64,000 nt of DNA from positions 96,001 through 160,000 of IMG/VR virus record IMGVR_UViG_3300023170_004399, one strand, 5' to 3'. The position numbers were made by a program, and so were the translations under genes. Shown here in pieces: positions 1 through 10,377 of this stretch. The notes under the pieces are model-generated. The model had not been told where the DNA came from and searched no databases. It was given only the letters and a program-made list of their open reading frames with translations. Each line of letters starts with the position of its first letter. Position 1 is the stretch's first letter. Source of the DNA: a virus. Taxonomy: Duplodnaviria > Caudoviricetes.

Positions 1-2
1 CT

Positions 3-179
3 ATTATAAAAATATTCAGAGATAATTCTAATTTAGATTATTTAAATAAAAGAGCAATATTTGTTTATGTTAGAGAATTAAGTGGTCTTAATTCAAAACA
101 ACTATCTGTCTGCATGTCTAATATTAGAAAGTATTATAGAAAAGTAGTTGGTCCGGATAAGGAGTTTGATATATTATGA
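3..179 (+). CDS. 3' end of a gene truncated by the window edge; probable sigma-factor-like (late transcription) protein C-terminus
   Basis: Not in the ORF track. Open frame from base 3 reads IIKIFRDNSNLDYLNKRAIFVYVRELSGLNSKQLSVCMSNIRKYYRKVVGPDKEFDIL* and its TGA overlaps the next ATG (ATGA). NKxAIxxYxRExxGLxxKQ resembles the helix-turn-helix tail I recall from sigma-like proteins of large T4-like phages; the function is inference. Confidence 0.45.
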   Translation: MIKIFRDNSNLDYLNKRAIFVYVRELSGLNSKQLSVCMSNIRKYYRKVVGPDKEFDIL

Positions 180-526
180 GCAAACAAATGACATTTGAAG
201 AAATAGAAGATAAAGTAAAAGATTTTAAAAAACTATTAGAATCTATAGACGCTAGCAGTGACAAAAAGAAAACACTGTGGAAAGAAATATATGAAAATGC
301 TTATTTAGATAGAATGAATGCATATATGTTATTTACTGATGTATACATGGGTTTAAGTGGTGACAAATCAGATCACATTGCTTTAGGGCAAACAATGGCT
401 AAATATTTAGAGCGTATGAATAAAGCTAATGACCAGTTAATCAAATTAGCAGAGATTATTTCAAAAGAAGAAGAAAAAAGCTCAAAGATAAACCCAGATG
501 ATTTGTTCTCGGAGATATCAAAATAA
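176..526 (+). CDS. Hypothetical alpha-helical protein (116 aa)
   Basis: AAGGAG upstream; coupled to both neighbours (ATGA and TAATG overlaps); helical, charged composition. Confidence 0.75.
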   Translation: MSKQMTFEEIEDKVKDFKKLLESIDASSDKKKTLWKEIYENAYLDRMNAYMLFTDVYMGLSGDKSDHIALGQTMAKYLERMNKANDQLIKLAEIISKEEEKSSKINPDDLFSEISK

Positions 527-1944
527 TGGACGCGTCTAGATCAGGTTACATAGATAGGCTAAGAGTTAAAAATAATAGCGCCGGTGTGCTTAAGAAAGGC
601 GTTGTGCAATATATTGTTAACGATACCGACAACTTTTCTATTGACGAAAATGACGTTGTTATAAATGAAAGATATGTTGACTCTGCGCCAGCAAATTCAT
701 TGTTAGTGTATGATGTAACTAAAGGAAAATCAGATGAAACGTTAATGGTTTTGTACCCTATGTTTCAATCGCATATTCAACTGCCAGTAAAAGTTGGTGA
801 ACATGTTTTTTTCTTAGAAGATTCTAGTGGGCTTGGTTATTACATATCACGAGTTCACGATACTAGAGCAGTAGAAGATTTAAATTATACGCATTCTCCT
901 AGAAAATTTTTAGAAGACAGTGAAAGAACTACAGATCAAAAAGCTGAACAAAATAGTGGCAACAGTAATTCTAATTATGTGCCTGAATTTAATGATGGTG
1001 GAGAAACAGATGAAACTAAATCATTTGTAAACTTAGATTATGAACAAATTATTGAGAAGTCAAAAGAGAGCATTGTTTATGACGCTGTTCCTCCCTTGAA
1101 AAAAAGGTTAGGCGATTTAGTACTGCATTCAAGCTATAATTCATCTATTGTATTAGGTGCTGATCGCGGCCATATTGAAACTAACGAACGGCTGGAAGAA
1201 TCAAATGTTGGTACAATACCTAAAAATAAATCTGGTACAATTGATATAGTAGCAGGTCGTGGTCAAACCCGAGGTGTTAATGTTGCAACTGCACAGTTAG
1301 AAATAACGAATGCAAGAAATGAAAATGAGCTAGATAAAGCTCCATATTTAAATGGACTTGAAGTCAACGTTGCTACTGGTGATCCACATTTTAAGTATGA
1401 TGATTCTAGAATTTATGTAAGTATGAACACATCCCCAGATGACAATTTCCAAATATCCAAAAGTTTCGCGCAAAGATTTTCTACTGATTATAATTTATTT
1501 GAAAACGTGCCAGCAATAGTTTTAAAAAGTGATCACTTAAGATTTGTTGCTAGAAAAGATGACGATATGTCTGCTAATGGCTCTATAAGGTTAGTAAAAG
1601 AGGGCGCTGTTGACACTGATGCCTGTTCAATAGGGCTAGAACCAGATGGTGAAATACACATAGCTGGTAGTAAAATATATTTAGGTCGGCCCAGTGCTAG
1701 TTTAAAAGGGCCTGGCGAAGGTGGTTCAGAACCTTATATAATGTACTCTGCATTAGAAAAATTATTAAATGATACATTTGATATTATTACTAATTTTTGC
1801 ACAACCTTAGAAACACATGTGACGCCTGGTTTTGGTGCACCCAGTCCACAAATAACGGCTGCAGCAACAAAGTTGAAAACTGAAATAGGTTTTACAAGAA
1901 GAGCGATTGTTGATATAAAGTCAAAGAGGATATTTGGAGAATAA
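526..1944 (+). CDS. Probable baseplate central spike protein (gp5/gpV-like, no lysozyme domain)
   Basis: N-terminal OB-fold-like YPMFQSHIQLPVKVGEHVFF, then GDLVLHSSYNSSIVLG and beta-rich C-terminus (IGLEPDGEIHIAGSKIYLG); lies just upstream of gp25 and gp6. Confidence 0.55.
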   Translation: MDASRSGYIDRLRVKNNSAGVLKKGVVQYIVNDTDNFSIDENDVVINERYVDSAPANSLLVYDVTKGKSDETLMVLYPMFQSHIQLPVKVGEHVFFLEDSSGLGYYISRVHDTRAVEDLNYTHSPRKFLEDSERTTDQKAEQNSGNSNSNYVPEFNDGGETDETKSFVNLDYEQIIEKSKESIVYDAVPPLKKRLGDLVLHSSYNSSIVLGADRGHIETNERLEESNVGTIPKNKSGTIDIVAGRGQTRGVNVATAQLEITNARNENELDKAPYLNGLEVNVATGDPHFKYDDSRIYVSMNTSPDDNFQISKSFAQRFSTDYNLFENVPAIVLKSDHLRFVARKDDDMSANGSIRLVKEGAVDTDACSIGLEPDGEIHIAGSKIYLGRPSASLKGPGEGGSEPYIMYSALEKLLNDTFDIITNFCTTLETHVTPGFGAPSPQITAAATKLKTEIGFTRRAIVDIKSKRIFGE

Positions 1945-1945
1945 A

Positions 1946-2197
1946 ATGGCATTAAACAAAGCTACATTAAAAAACAAAATTGAGACTGCATTTAAAAATC
2001 AATTACAAGCATCAAAAGAAAAAAATGCAAACCCGGAAGCATTAATTGCTGAATTAAGCCAGTCAATTGCTGATGCAGTTGATCAATATATAAGAAGTGC
2101 TACTATTATTGTGCCTCCAGGGCAGCCAGTGCAAGTTGTTGTCCCGGCTGGTACTGGTGCCACAGCAGGACCTTCATCACCCGCCACTATTTCATGA
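1946..2197 (+). CDS. Small spike-associated protein (83 aa), possible spike tip
   Basis: Start moved to ATG 1946 behind GGAG (1936-1939); helical N-terminus and Pro/Gly-rich C-terminus; follows the spike gene. Confidence 0.5.
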   Translation: MALNKATLKNKIETAFKNQLQASKEKNANPEALIAELSQSIADAVDQYIRSATIIVPPGQPVQVVVPAGTGATAGPSSPATIS

Positions 2198-2225
2198 AAT
2201 TAAGTTGTATATTTTTTACTATAGT

Positions 2226-2232
2226 ATAATTA
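2226..2232 (+). promoter_or_regulatory. Candidate late promoter ATAATTA (gp25 unit)
   Basis: 23 nt before ATG 2249; recurrent intergenic motif. Confidence 0.4.
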
Positions 2233-2248
2233 TGCTTGGAGTGTTATA

Positions 2249-2755
2249 ATGACGTCAAGCAGAAATAGAAAAGTATATGATTTTAAATCAGTAGGAAATA
2301 AGTTAGATGTAATCGTTGACAGTAACAAAGCTTTTGTTAATGAAACGACGCCTACTTTGCCTCCTATAGGTATACAGACACCAATACAATTAAGTAATGA
2401 AGATAGTTTGTTTGCTATGCATAAAGATATAGCAAAAAATGTTTCGGACAATTTGCGTAATTTAATATTGACAAATAAAGGTGAAAGACTTGGTAGACAT
2501 GATTTTGGTGCAAATTTAAGAATCTTACTGATGGAATATACTAATTTAGAAGATTTTGAAAATGCTGCAGTTAGGTCTATAAAGCAAAACGTTAATAAGT
2601 ATCTTCCATTTGTTTCTTTGGGGTCATTTCAAACTTTTACGGACCAGGTTGACAATAAAAATGTAGCTAAAATAGGGATAAGATTAACTTATTACTTGTA
2701 TGACATTGATGACAAAGAAAGAATGTTAGAAATCATGTTGTATGTAGGAGGATAA
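2249..2755 (+). CDS. gp25: Baseplate wedge protein, GPW/gp25 family
   Basis: NLRNLILTNKGERLGRHDFGANLRILL matches the gp25/gpW signature; GGAG RBS. Confidence 0.85.
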   Translation: MTSSRNRKVYDFKSVGNKLDVIVDSNKAFVNETTPTLPPIGIQTPIQLSNEDSLFAMHKDIAKNVSDNLRNLILTNKGERLGRHDFGANLRILLMEYTNLEDFENAAVRSIKQNVNKYLPFVSLGSFQTFTDQVDNKNVAKIGIRLTYYLYDIDDKERMLEIMLYVGG

Positions 2756-2756
2756 A

Positions 2757-4544
2757 ATGGCGAAACTAAAAAACTATCTAGCTCGAGATTTTGCATCTTT
2801 TAGGTCAGAGTTGTTAACTTACGCGAGAGCTTATTTTCCGACAAAGATTAATGATTTTAATGAAGCCGGCTTAGGCGGCATGTTTATTGATATGGCAGCA
2901 TATATTGGTGATAACTTGTCGTTTTATTTAGATCATCAGTTTAATGAGTTAGATCCATCAACAGCAGTCGAGTTTGACAATATAGCAATGCATGCTAGAA
3001 ATGCTGGGGTCGTCATAGAAGGAAAAGCACCAGCTGTTGCTGAGTTAACTTTCTATATAGATTTTGTACCTACCAAGAGTGAAAATGGAGAGTTAATGCC
3101 AGATCTAAAATTTGCGCCCACAATTAAAGCTTATTCTAGCTTTACTACTGATTCTGGCATTGTTTTTACGTTGTTAGAAGATTGTGACTTTGCCGAAAAA
3201 GATTTTAATGGTAATTTGTTGGCAGATGTTATTGCAGATCCTAATGATTCTTCGAACGTAATATTGATCAAAAAAGCAACTGTTGTTTCTGGTCAAGTGG
3301 TAACCGAGGATTTTGTATTTGGTTCAACACCGATACCATTTAGAAATATAACATTGGCTAATTCTAACATTAGTAGAATTATTTCTGTTTTAGACAGTCA
3401 AAAAAATAACTACTATGAAGTAGAAAGTCTTAGCCAAGATACGGTATTTCAAAAAATAGATAATCCAACACAAGAATATTCGACGCTAAAATTAGCAGCT
3501 GCTCCTTACAGATATGTAACTGAAGTTAACTTGTTATCTAGAAAAACAAAGCTTACCTTCGGTGGCGGAGATGCTAGTGAAAAAGAAGATGACTTAGTAC
3601 CTGATCCATCACAGTTGGCATTGCCTCTTTATGGCCGAACCACTTTGTCTAAATTTAGTATTGATCCTAAAAATTTATTAAAGACAAAGACCTTAGGAAT
3701 AACGCCAACAAATACTACTGTGTCTGTTACTTATCAGTATGGTGGCGGTCTAGACCATAATGTTGCTCCAGAAACAATAACAAATATTAATACCCTAGAA
3801 ATGGTGTTTCAACCCGGCTTAAGTTTTGCCAGCATTGAATTAATTAGAAATAGTTTGTCAATAAAAAATGAGCTTGAAGCTAGGGGTGGTGCAAATGCAT
3901 TGTCAATTGATGAAATTAAAGAACAAATATTAAGCGCTAAAAATTTACAAAATCGTGTAGTTTCGAAAGCTGATTTGTTAGCAAGAATATATAGCCTACC
4001 TAGTGAATTTGGCCGTGTCTACAGGGCGACAATAGTGCCAAATGAAAACAACCCATTGGCAACCAATCTTTACATTTTATCAAAAGACGCTTCTAATAAA
4101 TTGACTTTTGCGCCTAGTTTACTTAAGAAAAATATAAAAACATATTTGAATGAATTTAGATTAATTTCCGATGCTATTGATATATTAGATGCACAAATTT
4201 TAAATTATCAAGTTAATATTAGCATAATTACACTGCCATCAGCAAACAAACTAAATGTTAGACAAGTCGTTGATGAAAAAATAAGAGAATTATTTAAAAC
4301 CGAAAAAATCCAAATAGGTCAGCCTATCGTTGAAATGGATATATTTAATGCAGTTGCTAGTGTTACTGGTGTTTTTTCAATTTCAAATATTGAGGTTAAA
4401 AATATTAATGGCACAGTTGATGGACGTTCTTATTCGAATACAAGTTACAATTTAATTAAGGAAAAAGGAGTTTATTTTATACCGAGCAACTCTATTTTAG
4501 AGTTAAAATTTCCTGATAATGACATCAGTATTTCAATACAATAG
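2757..4544 (+). CDS. gp6: Baseplate wedge protein, gp6/baseplate J-like
   Basis: ARDFASFRSELLTYARAYFP..DFNEAGLGGMFIDMAAYIGDNLSFYLD N-terminus; YQYGGGLDHNV, RGGANALSIDEIK, QNRVVSKAD motifs; AGGAGG RBS. Confidence 0.85.
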   Translation: MAKLKNYLARDFASFRSELLTYARAYFPTKINDFNEAGLGGMFIDMAAYIGDNLSFYLDHQFNELDPSTAVEFDNIAMHARNAGVVIEGKAPAVAELTFYIDFVPTKSENGELMPDLKFAPTIKAYSSFTTDSGIVFTLLEDCDFAEKDFNGNLLADVIADPNDSSNVILIKKATVVSGQVVTEDFVFGSTPIPFRNITLANSNISRIISVLDSQKNNYYEVESLSQDTVFQKIDNPTQEYSTLKLAAAPYRYVTEVNLLSRKTKLTFGGGDASEKEDDLVPDPSQLALPLYGRTTLSKFSIDPKNLLKTKTLGITPTNTTVSVTYQYGGGLDHNVAPETITNINTLEMVFQPGLSFASIELIRNSLSIKNELEARGGANALSIDEIKEQILSAKNLQNRVVSKADLLARIYSLPSEFGRVYRATIVPNENNPLATNLYILSKDASNKLTFAPSLLKKNIKTYLNEFRLISDAIDILDAQILNYQVNISIITLPSANKLNVRQVVDEKIRELFKTEKIQIGQPIVEMDIFNAVASVTGVFSISNIEVKNINGTVDGRSYSNTSYNLIKEKGVYFIPSNSILELKFPDNDISISIQ

Positions 4545-4552
4545 AGAATGAC

Positions 4553-6040
4553 ATGCACAAAAAATATACTGCAAAAAATGATACATACATAACTAACAAG
4601 ATATTATCAAATAATAAAAAGGCTATTCAATCTAACGTTGGTAAAGCTTCAACATTAGATTTATATAAGTTGTATAATGAAAATGATTATGCCGGCGAAG
4701 AAAACCCAATTGAATTAACCAGATTGTTACTTAAATTTGACACACCCGCAATCTCAGCTTCATTAAACGAGATTAATTTTAATGATCCATCTTTTAAAGT
4801 TGAATTAGAATTAAAAGACTTGCAAGGTTCTCAAATAGCACCAACAGATTACACTGTTAGTATATACCCATTAAGCAAATCTTTTGATGAAGGCGTCGGC
4901 CGAGATATTACTATGTTGTCTCATTTAGATAGTGCCAATTGGCTTACAGCTTCATATTCAAATGGCACATATTCTCTATGGAATACGGCTGGTGCTTCCA
5001 AAGAAGGCCTACTAGGTTCAGATGATATTGATATTATATCAAGCGGGAATTTAGGAAGTGGAATTGAGAAAATATTTGTCGATAAAAGTATATCAGCCAG
5101 GAACTCAGATTTACTAGTAGATGTTACAAAAATTTTTAGCGCTAGTGCCACCGGCATTTTACCGGATTACGGTTTTCTTATAAAATTTAGTGGATCATTT
5201 GAAACTGATCAAAAATCTTATTTTGTAAAAAGGTTTGCTAGTGCACAATCTGCTAATTCTTTTAAAAAGCCAACGTTGCACGTAAAATATAATGATCACA
5301 TAGTTGATGACAGAATGTTTGCCACTTATAACACAGATGGTAAACTATATTTAAAAAACAAAGTTAACGGTAATAGTAAAAATTTGTTAAGCGGCAGTTC
5401 AACTATTGATGGCGCAAACTGTTTGTTAATAAAACTGGATCATCAAACAAATAACATAACATATTTAACTGCTAGTCAAGCTATTAATGCTAGCAAAAAA
5501 ATAGTCGGTCTATATTCTGCTAGTTTTAATATTGATGGCTTAAATCAATATTTGTCAGAATCTTATGCTGCGAATAAAAATGTGACTATTCACGAAAAGT
5601 GGACTAGTTTGGATGAAAATGTATTATTTTACACCGGTTCTTTCGACCTAAAGAAAAGCTCATCAGGTTTTACCAGCCCAGGGCAGAACAAACAAGTTAT
5701 ACTCTATAATCTTAAGGAAAAATACAAGCTTAATGAGCATGCAAAAATAAATATTTTTATTAAACAATTTTTAAAAGATTTACCTGCTGTTCGAACACCA
5801 GTTGTTGCTAAAACTGATTTTGAAAAATATGTGTATTATCAAATTAAAAGTGTAAAAGAAAATAGTGTTATAATACCTTTTAGTGACTACACTAGGTGCG
5901 ATGTGGATAGCTCAACAGTTTCATTTGATTTACCAACACATTCATTACCAAAAGGTCACTCATATTCAATTGACATCAAGATAGTAACTGATGGTAATGA
6001 AAACATATATGAGACAACTAATACTTTTAAAATAGATTAA
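4553..6040 (+). CDS. Putative baseplate-associated beta-sandwich protein (DNRLRE/CBM96-like N-terminal half)
   Basis: DTYI...NVG...TRLLLKFD...DYGFLIK...F.S....KPTLHVKY resembles DNRLRE-type domains; sits in the baseplate operon. Confidence 0.45.
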   Translation: MHKKYTAKNDTYITNKILSNNKKAIQSNVGKASTLDLYKLYNENDYAGEENPIELTRLLLKFDTPAISASLNEINFNDPSFKVELELKDLQGSQIAPTDYTVSIYPLSKSFDEGVGRDITMLSHLDSANWLTASYSNGTYSLWNTAGASKEGLLGSDDIDIISSGNLGSGIEKIFVDKSISARNSDLLVDVTKIFSASATGILPDYGFLIKFSGSFETDQKSYFVKRFASAQSANSFKKPTLHVKYNDHIVDDRMFATYNTDGKLYLKNKVNGNSKNLLSGSSTIDGANCLLIKLDHQTNNITYLTASQAINASKKIVGLYSASFNIDGLNQYLSESYAANKNVTIHEKWTSLDENVLFYTGSFDLKKSSSGFTSPGQNKQVILYNLKEKYKLNEHAKINIFIKQFLKDLPAVRTPVVAKTDFEKYVYYQIKSVKENSVIIPFSDYTRCDVDSSTVSFDLPTHSLPKGHSYSIDIKIVTDGNENIYETTNTFKID

Positions 6041-6051
6041 CGGGAAATGCA

Positions 6052-9000
6052 ATGTCCATATTTGATGATAAAAATTTTATAAATTCTGTCAAGACTGGCG
6101 GCGCAACAAAAATAGCCTTTAACGCAGAAAGTTTGCAAACTATATATGGTGAAAACGCCAAAGGTATTTGGAAATTTGATTCACCTGAAACAGGCTTAAA
6201 GTCAAGTCAGCAAATCAATATTGACTATTCTGCTTTTGTAAATCATTGCTTTTTTAATTCCGCGGAAGCAAAAGTTAATTTAGCATTTAATAAAATAATT
6301 AATGAGTATCCATTTGATGGTACTGAAAGCGAATTTCTAGAATATATTGATTCGCTAGATGGTTACCAAAAATATATTTTAGATAACTTCCCAAAAAGCA
6401 GCGGTTATTTAACTTTCACTAGTGACAGCACTCAGTATGTTGAAACTCCAGACAAGGCTGGTGCGCTATTTACTAGCATTTCTAGAAAAAAAGATAATCG
6501 TGCAGTAATAGGACCTTCAATATCAAATAATGGATTTACAATAGAATCTTACATTTCTGTGCCAACAGTTACGGCTCAAAATAATATAGTGTTTCAAAAA
6601 CTATCTGAAAATGGTGGAGTAAGCCTAGTAATCTCAGGTAGTGACGCAAGTGACAATACAACAAAAATTTCTTTATATGTGTCTTCTGCCTCTAATGGTA
6701 ACATTATATCAAATACAGTTGATGCAAATATTAGCAAAGGTGACTTTAAATTTGTTGTTGCAAAATATGACAAATCAAGTAACAAACTTTCTTTACAAGT
6801 AGATGATGCAAAATCTGTTAGTACTGGTTCTTTAGAGATAGGTTATATTGATTTTAACAGCTCAAACATATTAATAGGTAGTGGGTCTGATCATTCTTTA
6901 AATGGACAGACTTTCACTGCGCAGCAAACATTTACTGGCAGTATTGACGAATTTAGACTATACGGTAAAATTAAATCTGATACTGAAATTGAAAATTCAC
7001 GTTATGGCATTGTTTACCAAGATGAAGATTTACAATTATATTATAGATTTAATGAAGCCAGTGGTTCATACACTTCGAATAATATATTGTTAGACCACAG
7101 TGGAAACGGCTTGCATGCTACTGTGGCAAATTACGCAACAACTATGAGGTCAGCGAGACCCTTTAACATACCACTTATATATGAACCTGGTATTAACTGT
7201 CCGATATTGTTCCCTAACAATACTGACTTACAAACATATAATACTAATTTGCTTACTGAGGCAAACAAATATGACATTAACAACCCTAATTTAATACTCA
7301 AATTAGTGCCAAAACATTATTTTGAAGAAGCACAATTTTTTGAAGGATTTGTTAATGAACAAGGTGATCTAGGTGAAAACTATAGTTACACTTCTGCCTT
7401 TCCTGGTGGAGGACAATTGCCGAGTAGTCAAATCTTAACTAGTTTTTTGCTAATTTGGGCTAACTATTTTGATGAGTTGAAAATATATTTAGATGCTTTT
7501 TCTTCATTAAAGCATGTAACATATGAAGACTTTAATAATGTGCCAACGCAGTTTATGCCTTTTTTAGCGAGACAATTTGGTTTCGAATTATCAGATCCAT
7601 TTGCTAATACCGGGCCTCTGCAGTATCACTATGGGAGAAATTTGGTTAATAACAGGGTGCAATCTGAAAAATCTTTAAGAGAAATAATGGAAGAGTTATG
7701 GAAAAGATTTTTGGTCCAAACGCCTTTCTTGATAAGGTCTAAAGGTACAATTGAATCTGTGCGCGCAGTAATGAATAGTTTAGGTATAAACCCTGACAAC
7801 AATTTTAGATTGAGAGAATATGGAAGAAATGAAAGAATTACAATAGATGATCATAGAAAATTAGTTAAAAGAAGTAAAAACGAGCTTCTAATTACAGAAA
7901 ACTCATTCGTCACCAGCTCAAATATTAGTGGTTACAGGCATGAATTTGGTCTACCCCTTGGGGGAGAACCAACTGCTACTACAACAGTTGTTGACACTGG
8001 CGGAATTAAATACACAGTTACAGGAGCACCAGTTAATACGTTATTTACATCTGCTAGTTGGAGTTTTGAATCAAATTACAGAATGTTAGAAAGTACAAGC
8101 ATACAACCAGTGACGCAAAGCTTATTTAGAATTGAAGCCAAAGATGCATCAAATAACCCGCACGTGTTATTAAATCTTTTGGCCATGAAAAATGATAAAA
8201 ATAAAAATGATTATAGTGTCAAACTAATACACAACGCCAATGACACACAGTTAGTAGACTTAAGTTTGCCTGTTAATGTCTTTGATAACAGAAACTGGTA
8301 TGTCAACATAGACCATACAAATGGTAGTGAAAATGGTTTGTATACTTTAAGGTTTTATAATGCTAGCAATGATGACATTGCGACTAGCTTCACTACTAGT
8401 TCATATTACACTATTGATCACAACTCTGAATTAATAGATATATCTAATTCTAACACAGATAATGGTATTTTCTTTGCTATTGGAAATTCGTTTTCATCTT
8501 ATTCTTCAAAAAATGTTAGTACAAGTATTAGCGGATCTATTAATCATTTATCAGCTAGTATATCTAGTTTGCGTTTTTGGTCTAAAAATTTAGATGAAAA
8601 AGAAAGCCAGGAACATGCTATTAATATTGACAGTGTCGGTACTAAACAGCCTTTGGTTAATTACAATTTTGTTACAGATTTAAATTTAGCTAAAACTAGT
8701 TTTGAAACAGAAAAAAGCATACCAGAAAACAGCTGGGGCCGACTACGTATGCATTTTGATATGATTGCTGAGCCTGAAGTGCAAAGCAATGGAGACATAG
8801 TTGTTTTAGATAATTCTCAACAAGAGTATAATTTAACTGGTTCCGGGTTTACGTCTAATGCAATTAACGTCAAAAACAGCTTAAAAACATTCAGTGTTAT
8901 AGATCCATATTGGGACCAACCTTCATCTGCAAATAAAATAAGGCTGCATGGTTTAGAAGAGCCGGTATTTTTTCTAGAAAATAGTGGAAAAACAGAGGAC

Positions 9001-9420
9001 AGGAGATTTTCTATTGAAGCAAGTGTTGTACACGCGTTAAATGAAGATATTGTTAACATGTTTAGTACTTTAGATTTTTTAAATGACGCAATTGGCCACC
9101 AGGAAGCTTTTTATGGTGTCAACTATCCTACTTTAGATCGTTTAGCAGATAAGTATTTTAACAGATTAACTGACAAAGTCAATTTTGTTAATTTTTATAG
9201 GTTTTTTAAGTGGTTTGATTTAAATTTTGGAAGCTTAATAGATGTATTAATACCACGTACAACAGAATTTTTAGGCGTAAATTTTGTAATTGAGTCACAT
9301 ATGTTAGAAAGACACAAGCTAGAATATAAACAAGGTGATGTACATGTCGATATAAATGACAGACTGGTTAGATCAATAGAACCGATATTAATAGCTTATT
9401 GTAAAAAGGAAATAGGGTAA
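6052..9420 (+). CDS. Baseplate wedge protein (gp7/P2 gpI-like core) with two LamG/ConA-like domains
   Basis: Core VPTQFMPFLARQFG...LWKRFLVQTPFLIRSKGTIESVRAVMNSLG; LamG hallmarks FTGSIDEFRLY, LQLYYRFNE, LLDHSGNG and ISSLRFWSKNL. Confidence 0.6.
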   Translation: MSIFDDKNFINSVKTGGATKIAFNAESLQTIYGENAKGIWKFDSPETGLKSSQQINIDYSAFVNHCFFNSAEAKVNLAFNKIINEYPFDGTESEFLEYIDSLDGYQKYILDNFPKSSGYLTFTSDSTQYVETPDKAGALFTSISRKKDNRAVIGPSISNNGFTIESYISVPTVTAQNNIVFQKLSENGGVSLVISGSDASDNTTKISLYVSSASNGNIISNTVDANISKGDFKFVVAKYDKSSNKLSLQVDDAKSVSTGSLEIGYIDFNSSNILIGSGSDHSLNGQTFTAQQTFTGSIDEFRLYGKIKSDTEIENSRYGIVYQDEDLQLYYRFNEASGSYTSNNILLDHSGNGLHATVANYATTMRSARPFNIPLIYEPGINCPILFPNNTDLQTYNTNLLTEANKYDINNPNLILKLVPKHYFEEAQFFEGFVNEQGDLGENYSYTSAFPGGGQLPSSQILTSFLLIWANYFDELKIYLDAFSSLKHVTYEDFNNVPTQFMPFLARQFGFELSDPFANTGPLQYHYGRNLVNNRVQSEKSLREIMEELWKRFLVQTPFLIRSKGTIESVRAVMNSLGINPDNNFRLREYGRNERITIDDHRKLVKRSKNELLITENSFVTSSNISGYRHEFGLPLGGEPTATTTVVDTGGIKYTVTGAPVNTLFTSASWSFESNYRMLESTSIQPVTQSLFRIEAKDASNNPHVLLNLLAMKNDKNKNDYSVKLIHNANDTQLVDLSLPVNVFDNRNWYVNIDHTNGSENGLYTLRFYNASNDDIATSFTTSSYYTIDHNSELIDISNSNTDNGIFFAIGNSFSSYSSKNVSTSISGSINHLSASISSLRFWSKNLDEKESQEHAINIDSVGTKQPLVNYNFVTDLNLAKTSFETEKSIPENSWGRLRMHFDMIAEPEVQSNGDIVVLDNSQQEYNLTGSGFTSNAINVKNSLKTFSVIDPYWDQPSSANKIRLHGLEEPVFFLENSGKTEDRRFSIEASVVHALNEDIVNMFSTLDFLNDAIGHQEAFYGVNYPTLDRLADKYFNRLTDKVNFVNFYRFFKWFDLNFGSLIDVLIPRTTEFLGVNFVIESHMLERHKLEYKQGDVHVDINDRLVRSIEPILIAYCKKEIG

Positions 9421-10370
9421 TGAGCCATTCTGGTGTTAAAAGTTTACGTACAAAAAACGAAGTTAATAAATTAACTGGTGAATACGGAGGTGAAAGTTAT
9501 TATCAAGGCGTTGAGATAAGAGATGCTGATGTACACTCATCAATGTTGCCATTAATTAACAGGGAACTAGAAGGAAAGTACAAAGTATACAACCCAGTAA
9601 GACACGATAATGTGCGCTATGCTGAAATAAGAGATTCTAGGTTTGACGACGATCAGCCATATAAAGAAAGCGACAATTCTGATTGCCTTTATATATCAGG
9701 ATCTGAAGTAGTTTTTCCAAATGGTCATTGGAAAAGGAATAATGTCACAGTAGAACTGCAGTCTTTAGATAAAGTCCAACTGCATGACAAATTTAGATTT
9801 AATACTGACACACCATTTGTAGATTTTGATTCTACTAGTTTAATATCACCTATTGAATATGCTGGTATAGAAATAGTTAACGGCTTAAGCTTCGTACACA
9901 GAGATGATCACACAGCTGCGCAGCATTTAAAAAACATTATAGATCCTATGACGCTGAAAACTAGCACGTGGGAAGACAAGTTAATAGCTTACGGTGATGA
10001 TTACTCAGGTGGAATATTTGGCACTAAGCAGAACATTATTGCATTTACTTATGACATTAATGAAAAAACCGAAAATGATCAATGGTTTTATGATTCATAT
10101 GATTTTATACATTCTATACATAGTGGTAATGAAAACCATATAGATCCACATTGGTTGCCTCTTAAAAATCTAAACACTTTAGAAGAAAAATATTTTTACG
10201 ATGACGTAATTGCAGATAGATTTTATGTTGAACCAGAGATAGAACAACACGTTGTTGATGGATATGCGGAAGGTGATATTAACCCAAAACATGTGCAAAT
10301 GTCAACCGGTTTTACGGAATATTCTAGTGAAAAACAAGATGCAATGTCATACAGAGGTTTGTTAAGGTAG
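9420..10370 (+). CDS. Hypothetical protein (316 aa), probably structural
   Basis: Long ORF coupled by TAATG overlap; acidic and aromatic; no family recognised. Confidence 0.7.
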   Translation: MSHSGVKSLRTKNEVNKLTGEYGGESYYQGVEIRDADVHSSMLPLINRELEGKYKVYNPVRHDNVRYAEIRDSRFDDDQPYKESDNSDCLYISGSEVVFPNGHWKRNNVTVELQSLDKVQLHDKFRFNTDTPFVDFDSTSLISPIEYAGIEIVNGLSFVHRDDHTAAQHLKNIIDPMTLKTSTWEDKLIAYGDDYSGGIFGTKQNIIAFTYDINEKTENDQWFYDSYDFIHSIHSGNENHIDPHWLPLKNLNTLEEKYFYDDVIADRFYVEPEIEQHVVDGYAEGDINPKHVQMSTGFTEYSSEKQDAMSYRGLLR

Positions 10371-10377
10371 ATTTATT

